The notes beneath the pieces were generated by a model. It was not told the DNA's origin. It saw only the letters and a list, made by a program, of their open reading frames with translations, and made no database searches. DNA of 64,000 nt from an uncultured virus (IMG/VR IMGVR_UViG_3300035698_026924) (lineage: Duplodnaviria > Heunggongvirae > Uroviricota > Caudoviricetes). Below are positions 1-8,403 of this stretch, piece by piece; positions within the stretch are counted from its first letter, which is position 1, and each line of letters starts with the position of its first letter. The stretch is taken from the IMG/VR virus record IMGVR_UViG_3300035698_026924, one strand, 5' to 3'. A program made the translations under genes and the position numbers.

Positions 1-627
1 ATCTTTTAGGATATTAACTTTTTTTTGGCATCTAATTTCTAACGTTGGATTTTTGGGTAACACACCCTTTTTAAATCCATTTTGTGCAGCCCCTTTAAAT
101 TCCCTAATGATTGATTCACCGTTGTTTGCTTCAATAGTCATGATGCTATCATGCCAATTAAAATGGAAAGCCAACGTGTTATCTAAAACAAAGCAATCAA
201 TAGAAGAATAACTTCTCCATTTTAAATCATATTTATTACCATTTTTTGTCACTACCAAGTCTTGATTCGAACGAATCCAAACGCCCTCAAACAAGTCGCC
301 TTTTGGCGTCTGGTCATCAATATTGATATTATTTATTTCAATCAATATTTTGTCTAAGCTGCCAACAGCTTCAAAAAAACCACGAGATTTTTCATCGTTG
401 ATATTGTAACGAAGAATTTCTTTGTGTATAGCAGCTTGATCAACAAAACTCATTCCGTTAGAAATGCTCTTTTTAAGTTCCTTAACAACTCTATTGCCTG
501 CATCATCAATAGCTTTGTCGATTTTAGCCATAGTTTCTGTGTATTCATTGACAGCGCGTTGAGCATTCTTTGGAAGCTCAGCACCTGCACACATAGTTAT
601 TAAAAAAATCAATATGATAGATTTCAT
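1..627 (-). CDS. Secreted hypothetical protein, runs off the left edge of the window
   Basis: Not in the ORF track; read by hand: ATG at 627 preceded by AGGAGG, MKSIILIFLITMCAGAELPKNAQRAVNEYTETMAKIDKAIDDAG..., signal-peptide-like N-terminus then a helical segment. Confidence 0.75.
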   Translation of the reverse strand, partial: MKSIILIFLITMCAGAELPKNAQRAVNEYTETMAKIDKAIDDAGNRVVKELKKSISNGMSFVDQAAIHKEILRYNINDEKSRGFFEAVGSLDKILIEINNINIDDQTPKGDLFEGVWIRSNQDLVVTKNGNKYDLKWRSYSSIDCFVLDNTLAFHFNWHDSIMTIEANNGESIIREFKGAAQNGFKKGVLPKNPTLEIRCQKKVNILKD

Positions 628-645
628 ATCATTTCCTCCTAATCA

Positions 646-654
646 TTTGTAACA
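646..654 (-). promoter_or_regulatory. TGTTACAAA upstream motif (representative copy)
   Basis: Exact or 1-mismatch copies just upstream of starts at 646, 868, 2209, 3980, 7005, 11144, 12363, 14812, 37066(+), 60380. Confidence 0.7.
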
Positions 655-665
655 ACAACAATCAG

Positions 666-848
666 CTAATTAATATTATTTATAAATTCTGATTCTAATT
701 CATACCATTCCACGAAATCGTCTACCATATCGTGATATCTTTTTATTGACTCTTCTACTGCCGCTGCTGTTTCATTATCCATCGGCTTATCATTTTTTAA
801 CGCAAAGTCAATATATGCCATATCGATATCATTCAATTCTGCTGTCAT
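666..848 (-). CDS. Hypothetical acidic protein (60 aa)
   Basis: ORF with AGGGAG RBS and TGTTACAAA motif upstream. Confidence 0.75.
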   Translation of the reverse strand: MTAELNDIDMAYIDFALKNDKPMDNETAAAVEESIKRYHDMVDDFVEWYELESEFINNIN

Positions 849-896
849 GGAAATCTCCCTGCAACTGTTTGTAACAGCAGATCATTATCAATAAAT

Positions 897-1190
897 CTAC
901 TCTTTTCTTTTTATCAATCTATTAACAGAAATCTGTTCTTTTAATCCAGGAGCTGATTTTTTCAACAGCTGCGCAAGCCCTTTATAAGTTCGCGCTGCTT
1001 CTTGAATATCATCATAAGAAAAATCATCGCCACCAGTTTCAGCTATAGATCTCAGTACTGCTATACCGCCAGTGTAATCATCATCATTAATACTTTCCAA
1101 ATCATGACCATCAAATATGCTTTCGATCAGCAGTACCAGATTTGAAATTGCGCTGTCTTCCAGCATTACGTTAAGATTATTTAGTTTCAT
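897..1190 (-). CDS. Hypothetical protein, possible internal head protein
   Basis: Likely start MKLNNLNVMLE at 1190, directly after the upstream stop. Confidence 0.7.
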   Translation of the reverse strand: MKLNNLNVMLEDSAISNLVLLIESIFDGHDLESINDDDYTGGIAVLRSIAETGGDDFSYDDIQEAARTYKGLAQLLKKSAPGLKEQISVNRLIKRKE

Positions 1191-1191
1191 G

Positions 1192-1938
1192 TTATACCTT
1201 TGCTTCATATATACAAACAAGTGAATTGTCATTGATCATTGCGATACCGTTGTTTTCAACAACGATTATTGATTCTAATAATTTTACACTTTCATAAGTA
1301 ACTGAATCGTCGTCGTATTGGTTTTTAGAATCTGATGGATAGTGAACGTCTTTTTTAGCTTCTAACCATTTTTGAACTATATCTTTTATTTCTTCTTTTA
1401 CATCACTAGGCAAATCTTGCATCATTTCTTTTGATTGCATGTAGAGTGGTTGCCAAGCCGACTTAATAAATTGTTTGTCACCATACTCGCTCATCTCAAG
1501 AGTATTCCATATATCTTCATCATTATAATTTTCTGGAACAACACCTAAACCAGCAGCGGCATAAAGATCAGGATCAACTTTAAATCTAGCTGCTAAAACT
1601 CTAACATGATCTTTCGATTTCCAAAATTTATATAGATATTTTAAAACAGCAACCACAGCTTCGTCATTTAACTTGTCTTCTTTTGTTGGCGCTTCCGTAT
1701 TTTTATCAATTTCAGGATGGTCCATTAAAGGAATGTCACCGCTGTTGTCCTGGCCTTCTAATTCTTTTTCTAAATCAAGCAACAAAGACAAAAACACGCC
1801 ATAGTCATGCTTAGAATCGTTCCATAGTTTTTTAGTTACTGATGGCTTAATTCCATAAGAAAGACGCAATCTTTTTTCTAAAGTTTCAGCTTTGTCCATG
1901 CTGGACAAATTTTCTGATATAATGTCAAGTATCTTCAT
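1192..1938 (-). CDS. Hypothetical acidic protein, possible internal head protein
   Basis: 248-aa ORF starting MKILDIISE; ACAAATATA motif just upstream. Confidence 0.75.
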   Translation of the reverse strand: MKILDIISENLSSMDKAETLEKRLRLSYGIKPSVTKKLWNDSKHDYGVFLSLLLDLEKELEGQDNSGDIPLMDHPEIDKNTEAPTKEDKLNDEAVVAVLKYLYKFWKSKDHVRVLAARFKVDPDLYAAAGLGVVPENYNDEDIWNTLEMSEYGDKQFIKSAWQPLYMQSKEMMQDLPSDVKEEIKDIVQKWLEAKKDVHYPSDSKNQYDDDSVTYESVKLLESIIVVENNGIAMINDNSLVCIYEAKV

Positions 1939-2209
1939 GTTCTATATTTGTCTCATATATGCCACAATAATTTTTGAATTTATTCCACGCTGTTTTGTCT
2001 ATACTGTGGTCTACAATTTTTCCATCGCAATTGATGGCATGAAGGATACCGTTTGGCACCATATATTCAAGAGATGACGTAAATATCATATCATCTAACA
2101 ATGCTACCACAGTTGATTCTTCAGCATTGAAACACAGGTAATATTTTACACTGTTGTTTCCAACAATGAACATTACCATATTTTTAATGATACTGGTATC
2201 CATAGTCAT
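1925..2209 (-). CDS. Hypothetical protein
   Basis: ORF in tandem with neighbours; start placed at ATG abutting the TGTTACAAA motif. Confidence 0.65.
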   Translation of the reverse strand: MTMDTSIIKNMVMFIVGNNSVKYYLCFNAEESTVVALLDDMIFTSSLEYMVPNGILHAINCDGKIVDHSIDKTAWNKFKNYCGIYETNIEHEDT

Positions 2210-2232
2210 TTGTAACAATGACTAAAGACTAA

Positions 2233-2523
2233 TTAATCATGCACATCTTCGCATTCATCAATGTTTTTATTCCATACTTCGATAGAATACGACATGGTCG
2301 CTTTTAATGATTTTCCTTCTAATCTAGGATCAGAAGAAGCCCATTGTCTGCTAGAAATTGTTTTCACCATTTGCTCAGCACATTCCTCTAATATGTCTTC
2401 AGGAACAATTCCTTCATGTTTAAAACACATTCCTAAAAACAATACGGAATGCTGATTTTCTTCTTTCATATATAATTCCATTTCTATTCCGAATTTTTTT
2501 AATAAGACATCAACATCTCTCAT
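2233..2523 (-). CDS. Hypothetical protein
   Basis: 96-aa ORF; GTATTTAA motif at 2527-2534. Confidence 0.7.
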   Translation of the reverse strand: MRDVDVLLKKFGIEMELYMKEENQHSVLFLGMCFKHEGIVPEDILEECAEQMVKTISSRQWASSDPRLEGKSLKATMSYSIEVWNKNIDECEDVHD

Positions 2524-2597
2524 AAATTAAATACCGATGTTGCACACAAGAGTAATTATGTTTAATAAAATATATCACAACCACTAGGAGAAAATTC

Positions 2598-3170
2598 ATG
2601 CGTTTATTACACATAACTTTACTGATGATGTCGCCAGCGATATTATTAGCAGAAGAAGCGGTCGCTTCGGGGTCAGATGGGACCTTTAGCTCTATTATTG
2701 CTATAATAGTTTTAGCTATTGGGGGTATTGTTTCAGCTTTTGCAACCAAATACTTAAACAATAAAAGTAAAGAATCCAAAGCTAAGGCCGAAGAATCCGG
2801 TATTTCCACAATTCAGAAAGTGCGTTATTTAGCCGAAGCATCATTATACGGCGCTGTGTCTCAAATAAACGAAACTGAAATACCAAAATTAATGGCATCT
2901 GCTCAAGACGGTAACATCACTAAGGAGGAGGCTAAAAAGTTACTGTACAGCTTAAAAGACAAAGCGATTGAGATAGCTAAAAAAGATCTCGCAGGCCAAG
3001 GTATTGATTTAGTATCTAGCCTTGGTACGGATTGGGTAGAGAGCAAAGTCAGAACAATTGTTGATGAACAAAGCCCATTCTTAGGGCCAACAGTTGACGC
3101 TCTATTTGATGATAGCAGTAGCCTGTTAAGCGACTACGGCAAAAAATTGCTTAACAAGTACGTCAAGTAA
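2598..3170 (+). CDS. Membrane protein, possibly holin-like (LL-H-type layout)
   Basis: AGGAG RBS; signal-like N-terminus, one TM helix (IIAIIVLAIGGIVSAF), basic patch, then helical domain ending DWVESKVRTIV; followed by terminator. Confidence 0.45.
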   Translation: MRLLHITLLMMSPAILLAEEAVASGSDGTFSSIIAIIVLAIGGIVSAFATKYLNNKSKESKAKAEESGISTIQKVRYLAEASLYGAVSQINETEIPKLMASAQDGNITKEEAKKLLYSLKDKAIEIAKKDLAGQGIDLVSSLGTDWVESKVRTIVDEQSPFLGPTVDALFDDSSSLLSDYGKKLLNKYVK

Positions 3171-3178
3171 TACCAAAA

Positions 3179-3204
3179 TTGGGGGTCGCAATTGCGACCC
3201 CCAA
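3179..3204. terminator. Bidirectional intrinsic terminator-like palindrome
   Basis: TTGGGGGTCGCAATTGCGACCCCCAA perfect inverted repeat between convergent genes. Confidence 0.85.
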
Positions 3205-3224
3205 AAAGTATTCAGACTAAAAGT

Positions 3225-3974
3225 CTAATCTTTAGAAGCAAGTTTTTCAAGCTCTTCAATGCTTAAATCAGAAAGCTCTTCATCTTTCTTTTTAGCGATA
3301 AGCTCACGAATACGAGCCCGTTCTTGATTCTTTTTGGTCTTTTCAGCGGCATTACTAGCAGCTTCGCGCTTGGTAGTAAAGATATCAACAATAATGTCAT
3401 ACTTTAACTTGGCTTCTACATCTTTGGCTTTAGTTTCAAATAAGCTAGATTTTTCACTAGCCTCAATCTCAGCCTGCAAGCTAGATGCAGCTGCATCCAG
3501 TTGTTTAAGGGATAAATCACAAAGATCTTCTGTTGTTACATCTTCACCATTACTTCTAGCCAAGACAGCAGCGATTTTTCCAACACCATTCTTAAAACCG
3601 CCATCAACAAAAACAGCTTCTTTCATGTTTTTTGCAGAAAGATCACTTTTAGCGCGGTCAATATTTTTACCAATTTCTACAGTTCTTCTTACAACGTTAA
3701 GGCCAACGTTTTTACCAATTTCTGCAGTTTTATTCGTAGCGCTAGTGCTAATCGGTCTGTATTTATTAATTCTTGAAATCATGTTTTTTGCAGAAAAGCT
3801 AAAAGAAGTTTTTTTATCATCAAACAATTTGAATTTTAAACCATCATTAACAATCCAAACATGCCACTTGTTGCCAGAATAGCACACTTGCATGTGGCAT
3901 TCAGTGTTTACTCGTACAGCATGCTTGCCAAAGGCTGTAACCAATTCTTCAATTAACTTATCAACCTTGCTCAT
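3225..3974 (-). CDS. Apparently chimeric protein: unknown N-terminus + start of an RNase H-like fold + phage coiled-coil protein
   Basis: AVFVDGGFKNGVGKIAAVL resembles RNase H strand 1-2; C-terminal TTEDLCDLSLKQLD...IRELIAKKKDEELSDLSIEELEKL resembles a widespread small phage protein. Confidence 0.55.
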   Translation of the reverse strand: MSKVDKLIEELVTAFGKHAVRVNTECHMQVCYSGNKWHVWIVNDGLKFKLFDDKKTSFSFSAKNMISRINKYRPISTSATNKTAEIGKNVGLNVVRRTVEIGKNIDRAKSDLSAKNMKEAVFVDGGFKNGVGKIAAVLARSNGEDVTTEDLCDLSLKQLDAAASSLQAEIEASEKSSLFETKAKDVEAKLKYDIIVDIFTTKREAASNAAEKTKKNQERARIRELIAKKKDEELSDLSIEELEKLASKD

Positions 3975-4003
3975 TGCTTTTTGTAACAACAACACAGACC
4001 TGA

Positions 4004-4576
4004 TTAATCACAAGTTATTAACTCTTCAACTATCTTTCTTATTTCCACTGTTGCTTTTATGTCACTCAATGCATCATGAGCCTGAATTTTTATATCAAGA
4101 GCATCACAAACAGTTTCTAGTTTATAATTAGGAAGTGATATCTGACCCATAAAATCAAGCATTCTAAGAATATACAACGGATCTATTTGTGCGTTAAGCT
4201 TAAGCCAAGATCCTATATATTGATTGTCGTTTTTCTGACAAAACTGAATCAAAAAGTTAGTATCAAATGCGATATTGTAACCACACGGATAGAACTTGTC
4301 ATTTTTGTCATATCTATCAACATATTTATCAAGAATGCTAACAAATTCTTCATGTGCGTCAACTGGACTAGGCCATTTTTCAATTTCATCCCTAGTCCTA
4401 TTTTGTATTTCCAATGCTTTATCATCAATTAAATCATCAGAAAACGGTCGCATTTTTAGATCAAATTCATCAACTACTTTGTTGCCTATCTCGATAACCC
4501 CAGCTAACTGCACTATTCCGTGCGTGTTAGCAAATAAGCCAGTAGTTTCAACGTCAAAATTTAGTACTTTTCTCAT
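4004..4576 (-). CDS. DnaQ-like DEDDh 3'-5' exonuclease
   Basis: Motifs FDVETTGL, GYNIAFD, AHDALSDI; likely start MRKVLNF. Confidence 0.92.
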   Translation of the reverse strand: MRKVLNFDVETTGLFANTHGIVQLAGVIEIGNKVVDEFDLKMRPFSDDLIDDKALEIQNRTRDEIEKWPSPVDAHEEFVSILDKYVDRYDKNDKFYPCGYNIAFDTNFLIQFCQKNDNQYIGSWLKLNAQIDPLYILRMLDFMGQISLPNYKLETVCDALDIKIQAHDALSDIKATVEIRKIVEELITCD

Positions 4577-4590
4577 AAAAATAAAATACA

Positions 4591-4599
4591 TCAAATATA
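4591..4599 (+). promoter_or_regulatory. T[C/A]AAATATA upstream motif (representative copy, putative late promoter)
   Basis: Copies at 2566(+), 4591(+), 18985(-), 30832(-), 44991(-), 53392(-), 57974(+), 59202(-), each shortly upstream of a start codon. Confidence 0.65.
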
Positions 4600-4603
4600 T
4601 CAT

Positions 4604-5125
4604 ATGAAAAATCTAAAGGTAACAGATTTAGTCTATCACGGCAATGGTGCGACAATAGCTTTCAGCGATAATTCTGTAGTCGAGTTAGTGCATAACATAA
4701 AGTGGGATGCGACTGCTGCTCAAAAGTTAGCCATAGACAAGCATAACATGACATGCAAAGGCGATATCAAAGAAGATCTAAGATTCGAATTTGGTAAAGA
4801 TGTTATAGAAGGCAACAATCACACTGTTTTTGTTGACAGAATAAACTCGGCTCCAGGTATCATCTACTTTAACAACCCAACAGATTTACAAATAGAGATA
4901 TACAGATATACAAGACATACAAGTGGTGAGCACTCTTCACCGCCAGAGGTATATTCTGATAGAAAAGGCAAAAGATACAAGCCGTACAACATGCTTCCTA
5001 AGAGCACAACCAAATGGACATTGCCTGATTCTTGGACTAGAAAAGAAAAAAGGCAATACTTAAAATTTGGTACTTGGGACCCAATAACTAAAACAAGATA
5101 CGCTCCTGGTCCTGACAAGCCTTAA
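4604..5125 (+). CDS. Hypothetical protein
   Basis: 173-aa ORF, TCAAATATA immediately upstream. Confidence 0.75.
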   Translation: MKNLKVTDLVYHGNGATIAFSDNSVVELVHNIKWDATAAQKLAIDKHNMTCKGDIKEDLRFEFGKDVIEGNNHTVFVDRINSAPGIIYFNNPTDLQIEIYRYTRHTSGEHSSPPEVYSDRKGKRYKPYNMLPKSTTKWTLPDSWTRKEKRQYLKFGTWDPITKTRYAPGPDKP

Positions 5126-5268
5126 AGATAGAAATAATGGGGCAGGCAAACTTCTTATAACAGACATTCATTGAAAATTGTTTGAAGGAAGCTCTACGTT
5201 CTCCTAGTTTCGGCGAGAGAACTCAACGATGCCCTAGCTCTGCCCTGGCTTTGCGAGGCTTCTAAACG

Positions 5269-5592
5269 CTACCCACCGAACTTTTCAAAACAGTATCTGG
5301 TTTCACAAGATCTGGTTGACCTTACCTCAAATTCCTTAGAAGTAGCAATACCAGCATCTATTAACGAGCCTATCATCAATCTGCAGTAATTGTCGTCTGG
5401 TATAAATCCATGTTTTAACCCAACATATGTTTCTGCACATTTACAAAAATTACTAAACGACAAAAACAAATCTTCATGTCTCTCTGTCATCCAGTCATAA
5501 AAATCCACAAAGTCAATATCTTCTATTTTCAATTTGTAAATATTTTGTGACACAAGAAATCCCAAAACAATATCATAGGTTACTAAAAACAA
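5269..5592 (-). CDS. Hypothetical protein (true start probably downstream of 5592)
   Basis: ORF track; its 5' part overlaps a plausible plus-strand small gene. Confidence 0.55.
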   Translation of the reverse strand: MFLVTYDIVLGFLVSQNIYKLKIEDIDFVDFYDWMTERHEDLFLSFSNFCKCAETYVGLKHGFIPDDNYCRLMIGSLIDAGIATSKEFEVRSTRSCETRYCFEKFGG

Positions 5593-5717
5593 ATTCAGAT
5601 GCCATAATCAAGGCATCCACAGAAATTTTGGCTGTAATGGGTGAAATAGGCTATAACGCATACAGACTCCAGAAAGACAATTTAGTAATCGAAATTACCA
5701 CCAAAAAATCCGATTAA
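5547..5717 (+). CDS. Small hypothetical protein (56 aa, GTG start)
   Basis: Read by hand: VTQEIPKQYHRLLKTNSDAIIKASTEILAVMGEIGYNAYRLQKDNLVIEITTKKSD; fills an otherwise empty gap. Confidence 0.55.
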   Translation: MTQEIPKQYHRLLKTNSDAIIKASTEILAVMGEIGYNAYRLQKDNLVIEITTKKSD

Positions 5718-5719
5718 TT

Positions 5720-6109
5720 TCAGTCGTCATTCATGACAAATTGCTGATGATTATCTTCAAAATCGCCGTTTTTGTCTGGCCAAATTATTTGCAATGTATC
5801 TGGTGCACGGTCATGATTATAGTAATAAGATTGACATAAATATTTTTCTACACATTCGCTACTGACATTTACTACTCTGGCAGCATATCCTTCAAACAAT
5901 TCTGAATAATCACCTTCTTTTTTGCACTTACCAATAGCATTACAAATTATAGAATGCGCTGTTTTCGCATCTAATCCAACTATAACTAATTCCGGCATTC
6001 CCTTATCTTTAAATCCTATAGTATATGTGTACGGAACACCAAATTCAGTAGCAGTGCTAATACACGACCATCCATATTTTTCAATATTTTCAAGAATAAA
6101 ATTAAACAT
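5720..6109 (-). CDS. DUF4262-like protein
   Basis: IEKYGW...YTYTIG...G.PELVIVGL...LQIIWPDKNG pattern. Confidence 0.8.
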   Translation of the reverse strand: MFNFILENIEKYGWSCISTATEFGVPYTYTIGFKDKGMPELVIVGLDAKTAHSIICNAIGKCKKEGDYSELFEGYAARVVNVSSECVEKYLCQSYYYNHDRAPDTLQIIWPDKNGDFEDNHQQFVMNDD

Positions 6110-6118
6110 TCATATCTC

Positions 6119-6385
6119 CTACGAAAAATGTTTTTTAACAATTGATGCCCAGTTATCTTCCTGGACAATTTTTTCAAATTTTTCTAAAGAAATCCTAACT
6201 TCATAAGGAAATTCCGATCCTGTGCTGACAATTGATCCAGTAGTGCGTGCTGCTATTTTATTGCCCATGGATTCTGTAGCGCAAGCTATTGCTGCATCTT
6301 CGTTGGTGACTTCAACTACTGGATAATCGCTCTTGTTGAATACACAAAGAGAGATACCGCTACTGACTTTTATTAAAGTGTTCAT
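6119..6385 (-). CDS. Hypothetical protein
   Basis: 88-aa ORF in operon-like tandem. Confidence 0.7.
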   Translation of the reverse strand: MNTLIKVSSGISLCVFNKSDYPVVEVTNEDAAIACATESMGNKIAARTTGSIVSTGSEFPYEVRISLEKFEKIVQEDNWASIVKKHFS

Positions 6386-6387
6386 CT

Positions 6388-6990
6388 TTACTCCGTAACT
6401 ATCTTAAATATTTCATCAGCATTAACTTCACTATATGCACCACCTGCTAAATTAACTAAAAAGTCGATATCATTTAATACAGCATTAGATATATTCTCAT
6501 CAAATTCATCAATGAATTTAGATTTAAACACCATATACAATGGCCAAGCTTGAAGAGCATACTTTGCGGCGTATTTAGCATCTGTTTCAAGATAATTATT
6601 AACATTACAAAATCTGTCGGCAATTTTAATAACAACCGACTCTTTTGACTTGGATTCAAAGCTTTTTAAGAAAGACCATTTTTCAACTTTTGTTACATCA
6701 TCTCCACCAACGCGTGTACATTCTTTGATGATATCGGCAACTCTCAGTCCAAATACACTGCACAATTCTTCATATGTCGTTTCAGTATCTTCAATCAAGT
6801 CATGACCAAGAGAACTATTCTGCATTGTTTCTATATATATAACATTATTAATGCCATGCTGATTAAAGCCATAATGACTAACGCGGCTTGTTACATCAAA
6901 CAGGTGCATACAATACGGAATTTTAGACTTTTTCCGCTCTTGTCCTTTGTGTTTCTCAATTACATAAGATATAGTCTGTTCGACGTTCAT
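6388..6990 (-). CDS. HD-domain hydrolase, RelA/SpoT-hydrolase (Mesh1/SAH)-like
   Basis: HKGQERKKSKIPYCMHL, LGHDLIEDT, VIKIADRFCN; likely start MNVEQT at 6990. Confidence 0.85.
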   Translation of the reverse strand: MNVEQTISYVIEKHKGQERKKSKIPYCMHLFDVTSRVSHYGFNQHGINNVIYIETMQNSSLGHDLIEDTETTYEELCSVFGLRVADIIKECTRVGGDDVTKVEKWSFLKSFESKSKESVVIKIADRFCNVNNYLETDAKYAAKYALQAWPLYMVFKSKFIDEFDENISNAVLNDIDFLVNLAGGAYSEVNADEIFKIVTE

Positions 6991-7028
6991 TTTTTCTCTA
7001 CGATTTTGTAACAAAGTCTGCTTGTAAG

Positions 7029-7868
7029 TTAAGTAGTTGTAAAACTGTCTGCAAACAAAGAAGAACCAGCGGCAGCACCAAATGCGGTAGCACCAAGAGG
7101 CGTTCCTCCAAGAATACCAGATTCTAAAACTTGTCTTAAACATTCAGACACATCAATAGAACAAGCAAATGCCAAGCTGCTCGCAAACCCAAATCCAGCC
7201 CCTGCAGAGAGACATAATATATCAACTTGTGCGTTTGTTGGAAGCCCCTCCATTCCTCCCAAAGTTTCCTTAACAGCGCTGGACAGCCTTTCCGTCGTCT
7301 TTTTTGTCAATTCTAAATAAGCTTTTTCAGCTGCTTCTATACTGCTTTCCATCGCTTTTATCAAATCTGGACAATCTTCTGATGGTGGTGGTGATGGAAT
7401 ATCAGGAAGATCAATTGTGGGAGGAATAATAGATTCTATTGGTATAGTTCCTACTGAAACTCCTGAATCAGGAACATTAAAAGGAGGTTTAAAGTTGCCA
7501 GTGATTGCATCAACAAAAGTCGCGGCAGCAAGAGCAGCACCAGCTTGCACTGGGCCAGCAGCCCCAACTGGTGGTGGATTTGCAAAACTGGATAGAACAC
7601 CAGAATCAACAACTTCTTTTAAACATCCAGAAGGATCGAACGTGCAGCTATTTCTTAATGCGTTGAAATCTTCAACAGCACCTGTTACTGCGACACACAA
7701 AGCCTCTCTTTGTTCTTTAGTAGTGCCAGATGGCGGACTACCAGTAGCATCATCAAGATTGTCAGAAACACCAGACAAAACATCTTTTTGTCCTTCTAAA
7801 TATGCTTCATCTACTGATTTAATAGCTTCTTTAAGATTTTCTACTGGATCTGGGCAATCTTCAGCCAT
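7029..7868 (-). CDS. Hypothetical Cys-containing two-repeat protein, likely virion-associated
   Basis: Two homologous halves each starting EDCPD, joined by a Pro-rich linker. Confidence 0.7.
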   Translation of the reverse strand: MAEDCPDPVENLKEAIKSVDEAYLEGQKDVLSGVSDNLDDATGSPPSGTTKEQREALCVAVTGAVEDFNALRNSCTFDPSGCLKEVVDSGVLSSFANPPPVGAAGPVQAGAALAAATFVDAITGNFKPPFNVPDSGVSVGTIPIESIIPPTIDLPDIPSPPPSEDCPDLIKAMESSIEAAEKAYLELTKKTTERLSSAVKETLGGMEGLPTNAQVDILCLSAGAGFGFASSLAFACSIDVSECLRQVLESGILGGTPLGATAFGAAAGSSLFADSFTTT

Positions 7869-7901
7869 TACTGTTCTCCAAATTATGTATTTTAGATTTA
7901 A

Positions 7902-8165
7902 ATGACAAAAAGCTTAGAAGACTACGATTTTGGACCAATAAACGCCGAGTTGTTAAAATACGGCTTTAATATTATCGACATTATCAGCTCAGCGTACGTT
8001 GATGAACACGGATCAAATTGGATTAATGCAAAAAGATTAGAATGCCATGACAAAAACAAATTTGACTCCATTTTGGCAGTCCTAAAATCGAATGGATTTT
8101 TAGGAGGAAGTATCGGAGACATGGGCGGAAGATGGATGTACAACAACTTTAAGTTGGCCATATGA
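7902..8165 (+). CDS. Hypothetical protein
   Basis: 87-aa ORF; GTATTTTA motif at 7887. Confidence 0.65.
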   Translation: MTKSLEDYDFGPINAELLKYGFNIIDIISSAYVDEHGSNWINAKRLECHDKNKFDSILAVLKSNGFLGGSIGDMGGRWMYNNFKLAI

Positions 8166-8401
8166 TCAACATATCACAAACAGTATCAGAGTTGTCTTCT
8201 AATATATTGGAAGACAGAGAAAAGATAAATTACAAATTAATTCACAAAATGTGGAGAAGTCTGTGCAGAGCATTGCCACAGCCAGATATCGCAATGAACT
8301 ACATCCAAAAAAATATAATACAACAAGGTAAGTCAGCCGTGGAACTAGGCCAAGCAATGGAAAATTTGCGGTGGTCAATCAAGAAAGTTAATAAAAAATA
8401 G
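8162..8401 (+). CDS. Hypothetical protein
   Basis: ATGA overlap with upstream gene. Confidence 0.65.
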   Translation: MINISQTVSELSSNILEDREKINYKLIHKMWRSLCRALPQPDIAMNYIQKNIIQQGKSAVELGQAMENLRWSIKKVNKK

Positions 8402-8403
8402 CT

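Noticed and set aside
3334..3882. 182-aa plus-strand ORF and similar antisense ORFs (7417-7905, 21483-22043, 33378-33770, 40293-40748)
   Set aside because: Lie wholly opposite better-supported genes
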